Of a stretch of 64,000 bases of DNA, positions 18,071 through 27,065 are shown piece by piece. The first letter of the stretch is position 1. The number at the start of each line of letters is the position of its first letter. The notes under the pieces were generated by a model, which worked only from the letters and a program-made list of their open reading frames with translations, did no database searches and was not told the DNA's origin. Position numbers and translations under genes: made by a program. Where the stretch lies: assembly GCA_042408445.1 (NCBI GenBank), contig JBHORC010000023.1, positions 11,920 through 75,919 of the forward strand, read 5' to 3'. Origin of the DNA: Chloroflexota bacterium (GTDB lineage Bacteria > Chloroflexota > Limnocylindria > Limnocylindrales > CSP1-4).

Positions 18071-18337
18071 TCAGCCTCCGGACACCGCCGGGATCACGTG
18101 GACGGTCGCGTCCGGCGGCACGGTGGTCTCGAGCGTTGCCATCTCGCCGTTCACGAAGACGTTGATGTGCTGCCGGATCGTCGGCCCGCTGTCGACGAGC
18201 CGGTTGCGCAGCCCGGGCGTCAGCTGATCCAGCCGGTCGATCGCCTCGGCCACGGTCCGCGCCTCGATCTCCGTGGAGCGGCTCGTCCCGGGGATCAGCG
18301 AGACGAGCGAGCGCGGCAGCACGACCGTGACGGCCAT
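18071..18337 (-). CDS. MoaD/ThiS-family beta-grasp sulfur-carrier-like protein (88 aa, C-terminal GG)
   Basis: MAVTVVLPRSL...INVFVNGEMA...DATVHVIPAVSGG-stop. ATG at 18337, 8 nt downstream of the BNR gene. Confidence 0.7.
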   Translation of the reverse strand: MAVTVVLPRSLVSLIPGTSRSTEIEARTVAEAIDRLDQLTPGLRNRLVDSGPTIRQHINVFVNGEMATLETTVPPDATVHVIPAVSGG

Positions 18338-18345
18338 CGGACGAC

Positions 18346-19422
18346 TCAGTCGACCTCGATCGCCTGGACGCCCCAGATCGATGGCAGGTTGTCGGCGATC
18401 CGCTGCCACGACTCGCCCTCGTCGGTCGAGCCATACAGCTGACCGGTGCTCGTCCCGAAATAGATCCCGGCCGGGTCGCCGCGGTCCACGGACAGCGCCT
18501 CCCGAAGCACGCCGACGAACGCATGCTCCTGCGGCAGCCCGTTCGCCTGGCGCTCCCAGCTGTCGCCACGGTCCCGGGTTCGCCAGGCCGCGAGCGCGCC
18601 GCCGGGCGCGGTCCGGCCGTCCTCCGGCTGACTGAGCGGCACGACCCATGCCGTCGCCGCGTCCCGGGGATGCGTGCCCATGACGAAGCCGAAGCTCGAC
18701 GAGAGCCCGGCGCTGATGTCCTCCCAGGACCTGCCCGCGTCCCGTGAGCGATAGACGCCGCAATGGTTCTGCTGGTAGAGGCTGTCGGGCTCGCCCGCCG
18801 CCATCGTGAGCTTGTGGACGCACTGGCCGGTCTCCGGGTGGGGATCCGGCTGGAAGCACGCCGAGACGCCGCGATTCCGCGCCTCCCAGGTTGCGCCACC
18901 ATCCTCGGTCGCGAACGTCCCGACAGCACTGATCGCGACCCAGACGCGGCTTGCGTCCGTGGGGTGGGGGACGATCGTGTGGCAGATCAGCCCGCCGGCC
19001 CCCGGCTGCCAGCCCGGCTTCTGCCGGCTCGGGTGATCGCGGAGGGCGGAGACGTGGGTCCACGTTGCGCCGCCGTCGTCGCTCCGGAACAGCCCTGCCG
19101 GCTCAACGCCGGCGTAGATCGCGCCGTGGGCCGGCGTCACGTTCCAGACCGTCGGAATCTTCGGGCCCTCGTCGCCGTAGGTCAGCCCCTCCGACGAATG
19201 GCTCCAGCTCCTGCCCAGGTCATCGCTCCGGAACACCGCGGGACCGAACCATGGCGATCCGCCGCCGGCATAGATCGAGCCGGTGGAGCCGTCCCACTGG
19301 AGGTCATGGATCGGCCAGCCCTCGCACAGCGGCTCGCTGACCGACCAGTCGCGACGCGCGCTCCCGCCGTCGAGGATGAAGGCGCCCTTGCGGGTTCCGA
19401 CGAGGAGCAGCGTCCGGGTCAT
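18346..19422 (-). CDS. BNR/Asp-box repeat beta-propeller protein (sialidase/xyloglucanase-like fold), apparently cytoplasmic
   Basis: Six SxDxGxxW boxes: SDDLGRSW, SDDGGATW, TEDGGATW, SRDAGRSW, TRDRGDSW, STDEGESW. AGGGAGAG RBS before ATG 19422. No signal peptide. Confidence 0.75.
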   Translation of the reverse strand: MTRTLLLVGTRKGAFILDGGSARRDWSVSEPLCEGWPIHDLQWDGSTGSIYAGGGSPWFGPAVFRSDDLGRSWSHSSEGLTYGDEGPKIPTVWNVTPAHGAIYAGVEPAGLFRSDDGGATWTHVSALRDHPSRQKPGWQPGAGGLICHTIVPHPTDASRVWVAISAVGTFATEDGGATWEARNRGVSACFQPDPHPETGQCVHKLTMAAGEPDSLYQQNHCGVYRSRDAGRSWEDISAGLSSSFGFVMGTHPRDAATAWVVPLSQPEDGRTAPGGALAAWRTRDRGDSWERQANGLPQEHAFVGVLREALSVDRGDPAGIYFGTSTGQLYGSTDEGESWQRIADNLPSIWGVQAIEVD

Positions 19423-19599
19423 GTGGTCTCTCCCTGGATGTCCGATCGGTATCGATGGAGACGATGCTCGGCGCGGGAACTCATCGGTCGAGACGGGAAG
19501 CGAACGCCGGGACGGAGCGGCGCACCGCACGAGGTGGCCGCCACAGCGCGTGCGCCGACCCGCCGAAGCCCGGGCCGCAGCCCGCGCCGGTTGCCCGTC

Positions 19600-20064
19600 T
19601 CAGTTCCCCGACTTGAACGGATAGACGACCCAGCGGTCCGTCGTCACGACGTGATGGTCCGGCGCGCCCGGCACCTGCGAACGAGCCGGCTTGTAGTGGA
19701 GAACCGCCGTCGTCGGCAGCCCGCCGGCCTGGCGAACCCGCTCGGTGACCGCGTGGATCGTCGTCCCGCTGTCCCAGACCTCGTCGACGATCAGGACGCG
19801 CTGGCCGCGGAGGAGGGGATCGGCCGGGAACTGGAGGAACGTCGGCTTCGGACCGGGCCGGCCCTCGTCGTCGTAGTACTCGACGGCCGCGACGAGGATG
19901 TTCCGGAGGCCGAGCCGGTAGGCCAGCATCCCCGCCGGAACGAGACCGCCCCGGGTGATCGCGAGCATGACGTCGTATTCGCCCGTCACCTGGTCGCCGA
20001 GCTCCGCGACCATGGCGGCCAGGGCGTCCCAGGTGACGATGTCCTTCTCGATCGCCACGCTCAT
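19600..20064 (-). CDS. phosphoribosyltransferase (xanthine/guanine PRT-like)
   Basis: PRPP-binding loop VLIVDEVWDSGTT; 154 aa. Confidence 0.75.
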   Translation of the reverse strand: MSVAIEKDIVTWDALAAMVAELGDQVTGEYDVMLAITRGGLVPAGMLAYRLGLRNILVAAVEYYDDEGRPGPKPTFLQFPADPLLRGQRVLIVDEVWDSGTTIHAVTERVRQAGGLPTTAVLHYKPARSQVPGAPDHHVVTTDRWVVYPFKSGN

Positions 20065-20087
20065 CGACAGACCGTCCTCTCGCCGTG

Positions 20088-22100
20088 TCAGCTCGCGACG
20101 CCGTTGGGGCTCGCGTTGCGGATCGCCTCGACCGTCGACGGGTCGTCCAGGGCCGACAGATCGCCGGGATCGAGCCCGAGCCAGGCCGCCCGGACGACGC
20201 GTCGCATGATCTTGCCCGATCGCGTCTTCGGCAGCGCGGCCACGACGGCGATCGCCTCCGGCCGGAGCGTCTTGCCGAGGTCCTCGACCACCCGCCGCGC
20301 GATTGCGGCTCGAAGCTCGTCGTCATCGCGCTCGCCGCGCCGGAGGGTGCAGACGACGACGATCGTCTCGCCCTTGATCGCATGGGGAACGCCGATCGCC
20401 GCGGCTTCGACGACAGCTGGATGGGCACATGCAGCCGCCTCGACCTCTGCCGGTCCGACACGCTTGCCGGCGACCTTCAGCGTGTCGTCCGAGCGACCGC
20501 GGATCGACCAGTGGCCATCGTCGCCGACGACCGCCCAGTCGCCGTGGACCCACGTCCCGGGCACCCGTCGCCAGTAGGACTCGAGATAGCGATCGCGGTC
20601 CTGCCAGAAGCCGCGGGTCATCCCCGGCTCCGGCGCACGGATCGCGAGCTCGCCGACCTCGCCCCGGAGCGGCTGCCCATCGGCGTCGATGACGTCGGCG
20701 ATGGTCCCGATGCACGGCCCGTTGAAGGAGGCGGGCTTGATCGGCGTCAGGAGGTTGCAGCCGACAATCCCGCCAGAGACCTCGGTCCCGCCGGAGTAGT
20801 TGACGACCGGCAACTGGCCGCCGCCGACCTCGCGGAAGAACCACGACCAGCTGTCCGGGTCCCACGGCTCGCCGGTCGAACCGAGGACGCGAAGCGACCG
20901 GAGGTCGTGGGCGCGAACGGGGTCCGTGCCGTGCTGGATCAGCGCCCGGACGACGGTCGGCGACAGCCCGAGATGGGTGATCCGGTGGCGCTCGACGAGG
21001 CTCCAGAGCCGGTCGGGGCCGGGATGATCCGGCGCTCCCTCGTAGAGGACGAGCTCGGCGCCGAGGAGCAATGCGCCGGAGATCGCCCACGGGCCCATCA
21101 TCCAGCCGAGGTCCGTGAACCAGAACAGCGTGTCGCCGGAGCGCAGGTCGAACGTGTGGGCGAGGTCCTGGGCCGCCTTCACGGGGAAGCCGCCGTGGAC
21201 GTGGACGGCCGCCTTCGGCCGCCCGGTCGTGCCCGACGTGTAGATGAGCATGTACGGGGTCTCGGGGTCCGTCGCGGTCGTCTCGGTGGCCTCGCCCTCG
21301 TCGAGGAGTGCCGCTCGCGCGGCGTCGAGCGCCTCGTCCCACCAGCGGTCACGATCGCGGCTCCACGGAACGCTCGGCGCGCGCTCGCCGAGCCGCCGCA
21401 CCACGAGGACCCGCCGGACGGACGGTGCGAGGGCGACCGCCTCGTCCGCGACGGTCTTCATCGCCACGACCCCGCCGCGGCGAAGGAAGCCGTCGGCGGT
21501 CACGAGCACCGTCGCGTCGCAGTCCCGGAGGCGGCTCGCGACGGCCGGCGCCCCGTAGCCCGAGAAGATCGGCGTGTAGATCGCGCCGATCCGGCCCAAA
21601 GCGAGTGTCGCGACGACGGTCTCGATGAGCATCGGCAGGAAGATGCCGACCCGATCGCCGGCCTGGACGCCCTGTGCGGCAAACATCCGGGCGGCGACCG
21701 AGACCTCCATCTCGAGCTCGGCGTTCGTGAACCGGCGGACGGCGCCGTCCTCGCCTTCCCACGCCACGGCCCGGCCGGCGGGGTCGCGGGCGGCGCGTGG
21801 ACCGGTCGAGGCGCGAGCGTGGTTGAACGAGCCGCCCCGCCACCAGCGGGTCCACTCGGGGCCCGCGCTCGCGTCCATGATCTCGGTGGGCCGGCGGTCC
21901 CAGGGCAGTCCGATGTCGTCCGTGGCCGCGCCCCAGAACCAGGCGGGATCGGTCGCCGCCCGTGCCTGGAGCGCCTCCAGGTCCCGCTCCCCGGTGGCGC
22001 GCAGGAAGGTCGCGAGTCGCGACTCGGCGAGGAGCTCCGGCGTCGGCCGCCAGACGGCGTCGGGCACGTCTCGGCCGAAGATCGGGCGGTCGATGGCCAT
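20088..22100 (-). CDS. AMP-forming acyl-CoA synthetase (acetyl-/acetoacetyl-CoA synthetase-like)
   Basis: YTSGTTGRPKA AMP-binding motif, WFTDLGWMMGPW and LPKTRSGKIMRR; 670 aa. Confidence 0.85.
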   Translation of the reverse strand: MAIDRPIFGRDVPDAVWRPTPELLAESRLATFLRATGERDLEALQARAATDPAWFWGAATDDIGLPWDRRPTEIMDASAGPEWTRWWRGGSFNHARASTGPRAARDPAGRAVAWEGEDGAVRRFTNAELEMEVSVAARMFAAQGVQAGDRVGIFLPMLIETVVATLALGRIGAIYTPIFSGYGAPAVASRLRDCDATVLVTADGFLRRGGVVAMKTVADEAVALAPSVRRVLVVRRLGERAPSVPWSRDRDRWWDEALDAARAALLDEGEATETTATDPETPYMLIYTSGTTGRPKAAVHVHGGFPVKAAQDLAHTFDLRSGDTLFWFTDLGWMMGPWAISGALLLGAELVLYEGAPDHPGPDRLWSLVERHRITHLGLSPTVVRALIQHGTDPVRAHDLRSLRVLGSTGEPWDPDSWSWFFREVGGGQLPVVNYSGGTEVSGGIVGCNLLTPIKPASFNGPCIGTIADVIDADGQPLRGEVGELAIRAPEPGMTRGFWQDRDRYLESYWRRVPGTWVHGDWAVVGDDGHWSIRGRSDDTLKVAGKRVGPAEVEAAACAHPAVVEAAAIGVPHAIKGETIVVVCTLRRGERDDDELRAAIARRVVEDLGKTLRPEAIAVVAALPKTRSGKIMRRVVRAAWLGLDPGDLSALDDPSTVEAIRNASPNGVAS

Positions 22101-22245
22101 GTCAGAAGCCTACGACGACCTGCGCGTCCCGAGCAGCGGGTGGATCGCGTCCTCAGTACCGGTGGCGCCGCGTGGCCGCGCGACGGCGTCCCGCACGACG
22201 CAGGCCGGACGCTACGCTGCCTCCGACCACACGAGGTTCGAGCCC

Positions 22246-23001
22246 ATGACCTTCGAGCGAACCGCTCCCGCGCCGGAGCCCGCCCCGACTCCCGCCATCG
22301 CCCAGCAGGCGGAGCACGGCATCAGCGGCGGCGCGCCGACGCCGGTCCAGATCCGCCTCCAGATCCTGTCGACGGAGCACTGGTCGTTGCTGGCTTCGCG
22401 CGGCCTCGCGTGGAACGAGTCGTTCAGTCGGGCCGGGATGTTTCTGTCGACCTTGTCGGGATCGATCGTCGCGCTCGGCCTGATCGGGAGCGTGGATGGC
22501 TTTCACGACGCATTCTTCGTGGCCGCGCTCGTCGTCCTGCCGGTCGATCTCTTCGTCGGGATCGGGACGTGGCTCCGGATGGGCGCGACGAACTACCACG
22601 ACGCGATTGCTGTGGCCGGGATGAATCGCATCCGTGCCGGCTACCTGGAGATCGCTCCTGATCTCGAGCCGTACTTCGTGATGGGCACGCGCGACGATGC
22701 GACAGGCATCGGGATCACCATGGCCGTGCCGCCCGGCACGGCACCATTCGTTCATCTTGTGGCGGGGACTCCCACGCTGGTGATGGTCCTGAACGGGGTG
22801 ATCGCGGGCGCGATCGCGGCCCTGGTTCTCGTCCGGTTCTCCGCGCTGGGGAGCCTCGCGATCATGGCAGCCGCCCTGAGCGTTGCGGTTCTGCTGATCG
22901 GCGCGCAGTTCCGGGTTGCCCGCCAGAACATCCGGCGCGGCCAGCAGGCGTTGCAGCCGATGTTCCCGACACCCGATCCCGTCGTCCGCGCCAGGCAATG
23001 A
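22246..23001 (+). CDS. integral membrane protein, unknown function
   Basis: ATG 22246 (MTFERTAPAPEP...). About 5 hydrophobic segments. Its stop overlaps the ATG of the MttB gene (ATGA). Confidence 0.5.
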   Translation: MTFERTAPAPEPAPTPAIAQQAEHGISGGAPTPVQIRLQILSTEHWSLLASRGLAWNESFSRAGMFLSTLSGSIVALGLIGSVDGFHDAFFVAALVVLPVDLFVGIGTWLRMGATNYHDAIAVAGMNRIRAGYLEIAPDLEPYFVMGTRDDATGIGITMAVPPGTAPFVHLVAGTPTLVMVLNGVIAGAIAALVLVRFSALGSLAIMAAALSVAVLLIGAQFRVARQNIRRGQQALQPMFPTPDPVVRARQ

Positions 23002-24521
23002 CTGTCGAGCCGGTCGCCCATCGGCGCCGCGAGCGCCGGACGACCGGGTCCGTCCCGCAGCTCCCGTTCCGGCAGCTGACGAACCCGTTCACGCCGCTCG
23101 AGGTGCTGTCCGCGGACCAGATCGAGGACGTCCACCGCGCGTCCCTCCGGATCCTCGCCGAGATCGGCGTCGAGGTGCTGGGCGACCGGGCGATCGATCG
23201 GCTCGCCGCGGCCGGCGCCTCGGTCGATCGCACGACGCGGCGTGTTCGCCTGGAGCCCGGGCTTGTCGAGGAGCTGATCGCGACCGCGCCGGCCGAGTTC
23301 ACACTTCACGCCCGCAATCCCGAGCGCGACGTCATCCTCGGCGGTCGGAATCTCGTCTTCTCGTCCGTCGGGGGCCCGGCGTTCGTGACGGACCTGGACC
23401 GTGGCCGCCGGGCCGGCAACTGGCAGGACTTCCAGGATTACGTGCGGCTCATCTCCGCGCTGAACGTGATCCACCAGGAAGGCGGCGGCCCGCTCGAGCC
23501 GACCGACCTCCCTGTCGAGACGCGCCATCTCGACATGTACGCGTTCCTCGCGACGACGCTCGACAAGACGTGGCACTGCCTCGGCTTCGGGGCGGCGGTC
23601 GTCGAGGACGCCCTGGAGATCACCGCGCTCGCTCGCGGGGTCGATCGCGACGCGCTGCTCGCGGAGCCGTCACTGATCACGATCATCAACACGAACTCGC
23701 CGCTTCGCCTTGACGGGCCGATGGGCGACGGCCTGATCGCGATGGCCGAGGCGGGCCAGGCGGTCGTTGCCACCCCGTTCACGCTCGCGGGCGCGATGAC
23801 GCCGGTGACGCTCGCCGCGGCGATCGCCCAGCAGAACGCCGAGGCGCTGTTCTGCGTCGCACTCAGCCAGCTCGTCCGGCCCGGTGTGCCGGTCGTCTAC
23901 GGCGCGTTCACCTCGAACGTCGACATGCGGACAGGCTCGCCGGCCTTCGGGACGCCGGAATCGGTGAAGGGCGCGATCGCCTCCGGACAGATGGCCCGTC
24001 GCTATCGCCTGCCCTGGCGATCCTCGAACGCGACCGCATCCGTCGTCGTCGACGCCCAGGCGGCGTACGAGTCCGAGATGGCCGTGTGGGGAGCGATCAT
24101 GGGCGGCGTGAACCTGCTCTACCAGGGCGCCGGCTGGCTCGAGGGCGGGCTCACCGCCTCCTACGAGAAGCTGATCGTGGACGCCGAGATCCTGCAGATG
24201 ATGTCCGAGGTCCTGCAACCGATCGTCGTCGACGAGGCGACGCTCGCGGTCGATGCGATCGCCGAGGTCGGTCCCGGTGGCCACTTCTTCGGATCGGCCC
24301 ACACGCTCGAACGCTTCGAGACGGCGTTCTACCGGCCGATCCTGTCGGACTGGCGGAACTACGAGACGTGGGCGGACGACGGGGCGCGAACCGCCACGGA
24401 ACGGGCGAACGGGATCTGGAAGCAGCTGCTCGCCGAGCACGAGCCACCGCCGATCGACGATGGACGGCGCGAGGCGATCGGCGCGTTCGTTGCGCGGCGC
24501 AAGCAGGAGATCATGAGATGA
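22998..24521 (+). CDS. trimethylamine methyltransferase MttB-family protein (non-pyrrolysine type)
   Basis: LSADQIEDVHRASLRILAEIGVEV, INTNSPLRLDG and VVATPFTLAGAMTPVTLAAAIAQQNAE; 507 aa, uninterrupted by TAG. Confidence 0.85.
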   Translation: MTVEPVAHRRRERRTTGSVPQLPFRQLTNPFTPLEVLSADQIEDVHRASLRILAEIGVEVLGDRAIDRLAAAGASVDRTTRRVRLEPGLVEELIATAPAEFTLHARNPERDVILGGRNLVFSSVGGPAFVTDLDRGRRAGNWQDFQDYVRLISALNVIHQEGGGPLEPTDLPVETRHLDMYAFLATTLDKTWHCLGFGAAVVEDALEITALARGVDRDALLAEPSLITIINTNSPLRLDGPMGDGLIAMAEAGQAVVATPFTLAGAMTPVTLAAAIAQQNAEALFCVALSQLVRPGVPVVYGAFTSNVDMRTGSPAFGTPESVKGAIASGQMARRYRLPWRSSNATASVVVDAQAAYESEMAVWGAIMGGVNLLYQGAGWLEGGLTASYEKLIVDAEILQMMSEVLQPIVVDEATLAVDAIAEVGPGGHFFGSAHTLERFETAFYRPILSDWRNYETWADDGARTATERANGIWKQLLAEHEPPPIDDGRREAIGAFVARRKQEIMR

Positions 24522-25126
24522 CGCACAGCCCGGACGAACCCGTCCGAGCGCTGCTCGAGCGGATCGCCGCGCCGGCCGCGGAGCCGACGCCGGACCTGGC
24601 GGCGATCGGCCGTTCGCTCGCCGAGCTCGCCGGCGATGCCGACTACCTCGCCACGTGGATTGAGCGCATGGGCGGACGAAGCGGTGCGCTCCCGATCCAC
24701 GCTCCCGCGCGCGGACCGCGACTGACGCTGGTCCACCGGCCCGACGGGGAGATGAGCGCGGTCCACAGCCACGGCACGTGGGTGGCGATCAGCGCGATCG
24801 CCGGCGTCGAGACCCACCGGCGTTGGCGGGTGATCGACGGGGAGGATGGCTCCTCGCGGGTGGAGCTCGCGGAGGATCGGGCGCTCGAAGCGACGGAGGT
24901 GGCGACGCTCCTCCCGCCGGACGACGTTCACGACCACGGTCATCTCGCCGGCCGCGGCGCACCGGCGTACGCCCTGATCCTGCTCGGCGACGACCAGACC
25001 CGGTTCACGCGCAGGGAGTGGGACCTCGCGACCGGTCGCCACCGGGTGCTGGTGCCCGGCGACGGCGGCCGCTGGCTGGCGTCCGAGCCGATGCCCGCGG
25101 AGGCGGCAGCGAGCATCACGGGATGA
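24518..25126 (+). CDS. cupin-like metalloprotein (cysteine-dioxygenase-type fold suspected)
   Basis: MSAVHSHGTWVAISAIAGVETH and DDVHDHGH. The ATGA overlap couples it to the MttB gene. Confidence 0.45.
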   Translation: MTHSPDEPVRALLERIAAPAAEPTPDLAAIGRSLAELAGDADYLATWIERMGGRSGALPIHAPARGPRLTLVHRPDGEMSAVHSHGTWVAISAIAGVETHRRWRVIDGEDGSSRVELAEDRALEATEVATLLPPDDVHDHGHLAGRGAPAYALILLGDDQTRFTRREWDLATGRHRVLVPGDGGRWLASEPMPAEAAASITG

Positions 25127-25256
25127 ATTCGGTCGGTCGACCGTCCTCGTCGGCCGTCATACTTCGCGCACTCTGCCGCGGGCCGATCCGCCCCGGCAGT
25201 CGTCGCCGCCCGGACGCTCGCGGGCGAGACGGATGCAGCGAGGGTTGGGCTGGACG

Positions 25257-25676
25257 ATGGCGATGAACGCAGTCGACGCGTTGGCCAGGGTGCCGATGCT
25301 CGCGAGCCTGGACCGGAAGCACCTCGAGAAGCTCGCGAAGGACTTCTCCGCTCGGACCTTTCCGGCCGGCGCCGTCGTCGTCCGCGAGGGCGATGACCAC
25401 GGCGTCGGGTTCTTCGTCATCGCCGAGGGCGAGGCAATCGTGTCCGTCGGAGGGAACGAGGTTTCGCGGCTGAAGGCCGGCGACAGCTTCGGTTCGATCG
25501 CCCTGATCAGCGACCGGGTCCGGACCGCGACGGTGACCGCGGTGACCGATCTCCCCTGCTACGTCATGACCCTCTGGGATTTCCGCTCATTCGTGAAGGG
25601 CGACAGCGAGATCGCCTGGCAGCTCCTCCAGCAGCTCGCCCAGATGGTTCGCAAGCAGAACGACGCGCATCACTGA
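25257..25676 (+). CDS. stand-alone cyclic-nucleotide-binding domain protein
   Basis: VVREGDDHGVGFFVIAEGEA...AGDSFGSIALI...RTATVTA; 139 aa. Confidence 0.8.
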   Translation: MAMNAVDALARVPMLASLDRKHLEKLAKDFSARTFPAGAVVVREGDDHGVGFFVIAEGEAIVSVGGNEVSRLKAGDSFGSIALISDRVRTATVTAVTDLPCYVMTLWDFRSFVKGDSEIAWQLLQQLAQMVRKQNDAHH

Positions 25677-25711
25677 TCGGGGACCCGGCGCGGCCGGTTC
25701 GACGCTGAGCC

Positions 25712-26056
25712 TTACGCGGGCGGCAACAGGAAGTACGCCGCGAGGGCGAGCACCAGGAAGATGATCACGAGGGTCGCGGCCCAGGCGAGCGCCTCGGTGA
25801 GGGTCAACCCGAGGAAGCGGTGATTCCGCGAGACGCGCGTCGTCACGAGCCAGACGAGGCCGACGAGCGCCACGGCGAGCGCCTGCGGCATCGAGACGAA
25901 CGTCGCGGCCATGACCGACACCGCGATCACCGGCTGGAACCGCTCGAACGTCTCGAGCGCGGTCGGCCGGCGCGGTGGTCCGAGGTCCGGTGGCGGGGCG
26001 TCGTCGCCCGACGGATCGGTGGCGCGTGCCGCGGGGTCGTGCAGAGGTTCGCTCAT
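25712..26056 (-). CDS. small membrane protein (114 aa, 2-3 TM)
   Basis: ATG 26056 overlaps the kynA stop (ATGA). Hydrophobic C-terminal two thirds. Confidence 0.5.
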   Translation of the reverse strand: MSEPLHDPAARATDPSGDDAPPPDLGPPRRPTALETFERFQPVIAVSVMAATFVSMPQALAVALVGLVWLVTTRVSRNHRFLGLTLTEALAWAATLVIIFLVLALAAYFLLPPA

Positions 26057-26853
26057 AGTCGGCCGCGGATCTCCCACAGGTCGGGGAACATCGGACGGAA
26101 CAGCGTGGTCCGGAGGTACTCGACCCCGGCCGAGCCGCCCGTGCCGCGCTTGGTGCCGATCGTTCGCTCGACCATCTTGACGTGACGATACCGCCACTCC
26201 TGGATGCCCTCGTCGAGATCGACGAGCCGTTCCGCGACGAGCGCGGCGTCGGCGTCGCTGCGGTAGACGACGACGAGGACGTCCTGGACCCGCTCGTCCG
26301 GCTCCGGTGGGAGGGTGGGATCGCGCGCGAGCACGTCGTCCGCAAGCACGTGGCCGCGCGCGGCGAGGTACGCCAGGAACGATCCCCAGAGCGCGCGCCG
26401 CGCCTGGGCCGCCTCGATCCGCCGGCGCGCGGATCCCTCCGGCTGTGCCCGAGCCGCTCCCGGATCCCGCTGCCCGAGCACCGCCTCGACCTCGCGGAAC
26501 TGCGCTGACTGGAAGCCCGATGCGCTCTCGAGGCGATCGCGGAAGGAGAGGAACTGGAGCGGCGTCATCGTCTCGAGGACGTCGACCTGGGCGACCAGCG
26601 TCTTGAGGATCTTCAGCACCCGATTGAGAAGGTGGAGCGTCGTGTCCGTGTCCGCCCGCTCGAGCGTCGCCTGGATCTCCGCCAGCTCGTGGAGGAGCTG
26701 CTTGAACCACAGCTCGTAGACCTGGTGGATGACGATGAACAGCAACTCGTCGTGCTCCGGGCGGCCGTCCGACGCGGTCGACAGCGGCCGCTGGGCCGCG
26801 AGCAGGTCCTCGAGACCCAGGTACGACGCGTAGGTGACGGCGCGGCGCGTCAC
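26053..26853 (-). CDS. kynA: tryptophan 2,3-dioxygenase
   Basis: YASYLGLEDLL, HDELLFIVIHQVYELWFKQ, SGFQSAQFR, EWRYRHVKMVERTIG and GTGGSAGVEYL. GTG 26853 overlaps the upstream stop (GTGA). Confidence 0.9.
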   Translation of the reverse strand: MTRRAVTYASYLGLEDLLAAQRPLSTASDGRPEHDELLFIVIHQVYELWFKQLLHELAEIQATLERADTDTTLHLLNRVLKILKTLVAQVDVLETMTPLQFLSFRDRLESASGFQSAQFREVEAVLGQRDPGAARAQPEGSARRRIEAAQARRALWGSFLAYLAARGHVLADDVLARDPTLPPEPDERVQDVLVVVYRSDADAALVAERLVDLDEGIQEWRYRHVKMVERTIGTKRGTGGSAGVEYLRTTLFRPMFPDLWEIRGRL

Positions 26854-27041
26854 GCGGTTCGGCGGTCGCCGGGCTCGGACGGCTGCGAGCGCTGGAGCGC
26901 CGCGACGACCTGGTCCCGGCTGGCCTCCATGTTGTGGATCCGGCGACCGTGATCGATCGTGGCGTCGACGACGGTGTCCTCGGTTCCGGTCACCGTCCAG
27001 CCACACGCGCAGCTGTTCGTGAACTCGCCTTCGTCCGACAT
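26850..27041 (-). CDS. DUF1059-like small metal-binding protein
   Basis: MSDEGEFTNSCACGWTVTGTEDTVVDATIDHGRRIHNME fits my recollection of the DUF1059 pattern (Cys pair, then His-rich helix). Confidence 0.55.
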   Translation of the reverse strand: MSDEGEFTNSCACGWTVTGTEDTVVDATIDHGRRIHNMEASRDQVVAALQRSQPSEPGDRRTA

Positions 27042-27065
27042 GGGTCGACTCCTTCTGCGGCTCGA

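Noticed and set aside
15516-18929. A 1137-aa ORF on the minus strand, and similar giants: 51637..54372(-), 36535..38820(-), 55523..57766(-), 49557..51461(-), 20085..22661(+)
   Set aside because: They are extremely Arg/Pro/Gly/Asp-rich with no recognisable motifs. Each lies exactly antisense or out of frame to genes with clear family signatures (moaX-like, KamD-like, dapA/D, lysA, AcpA-like, Acs-like). These are typical stop-poor shadow frames of GC-rich DNA.
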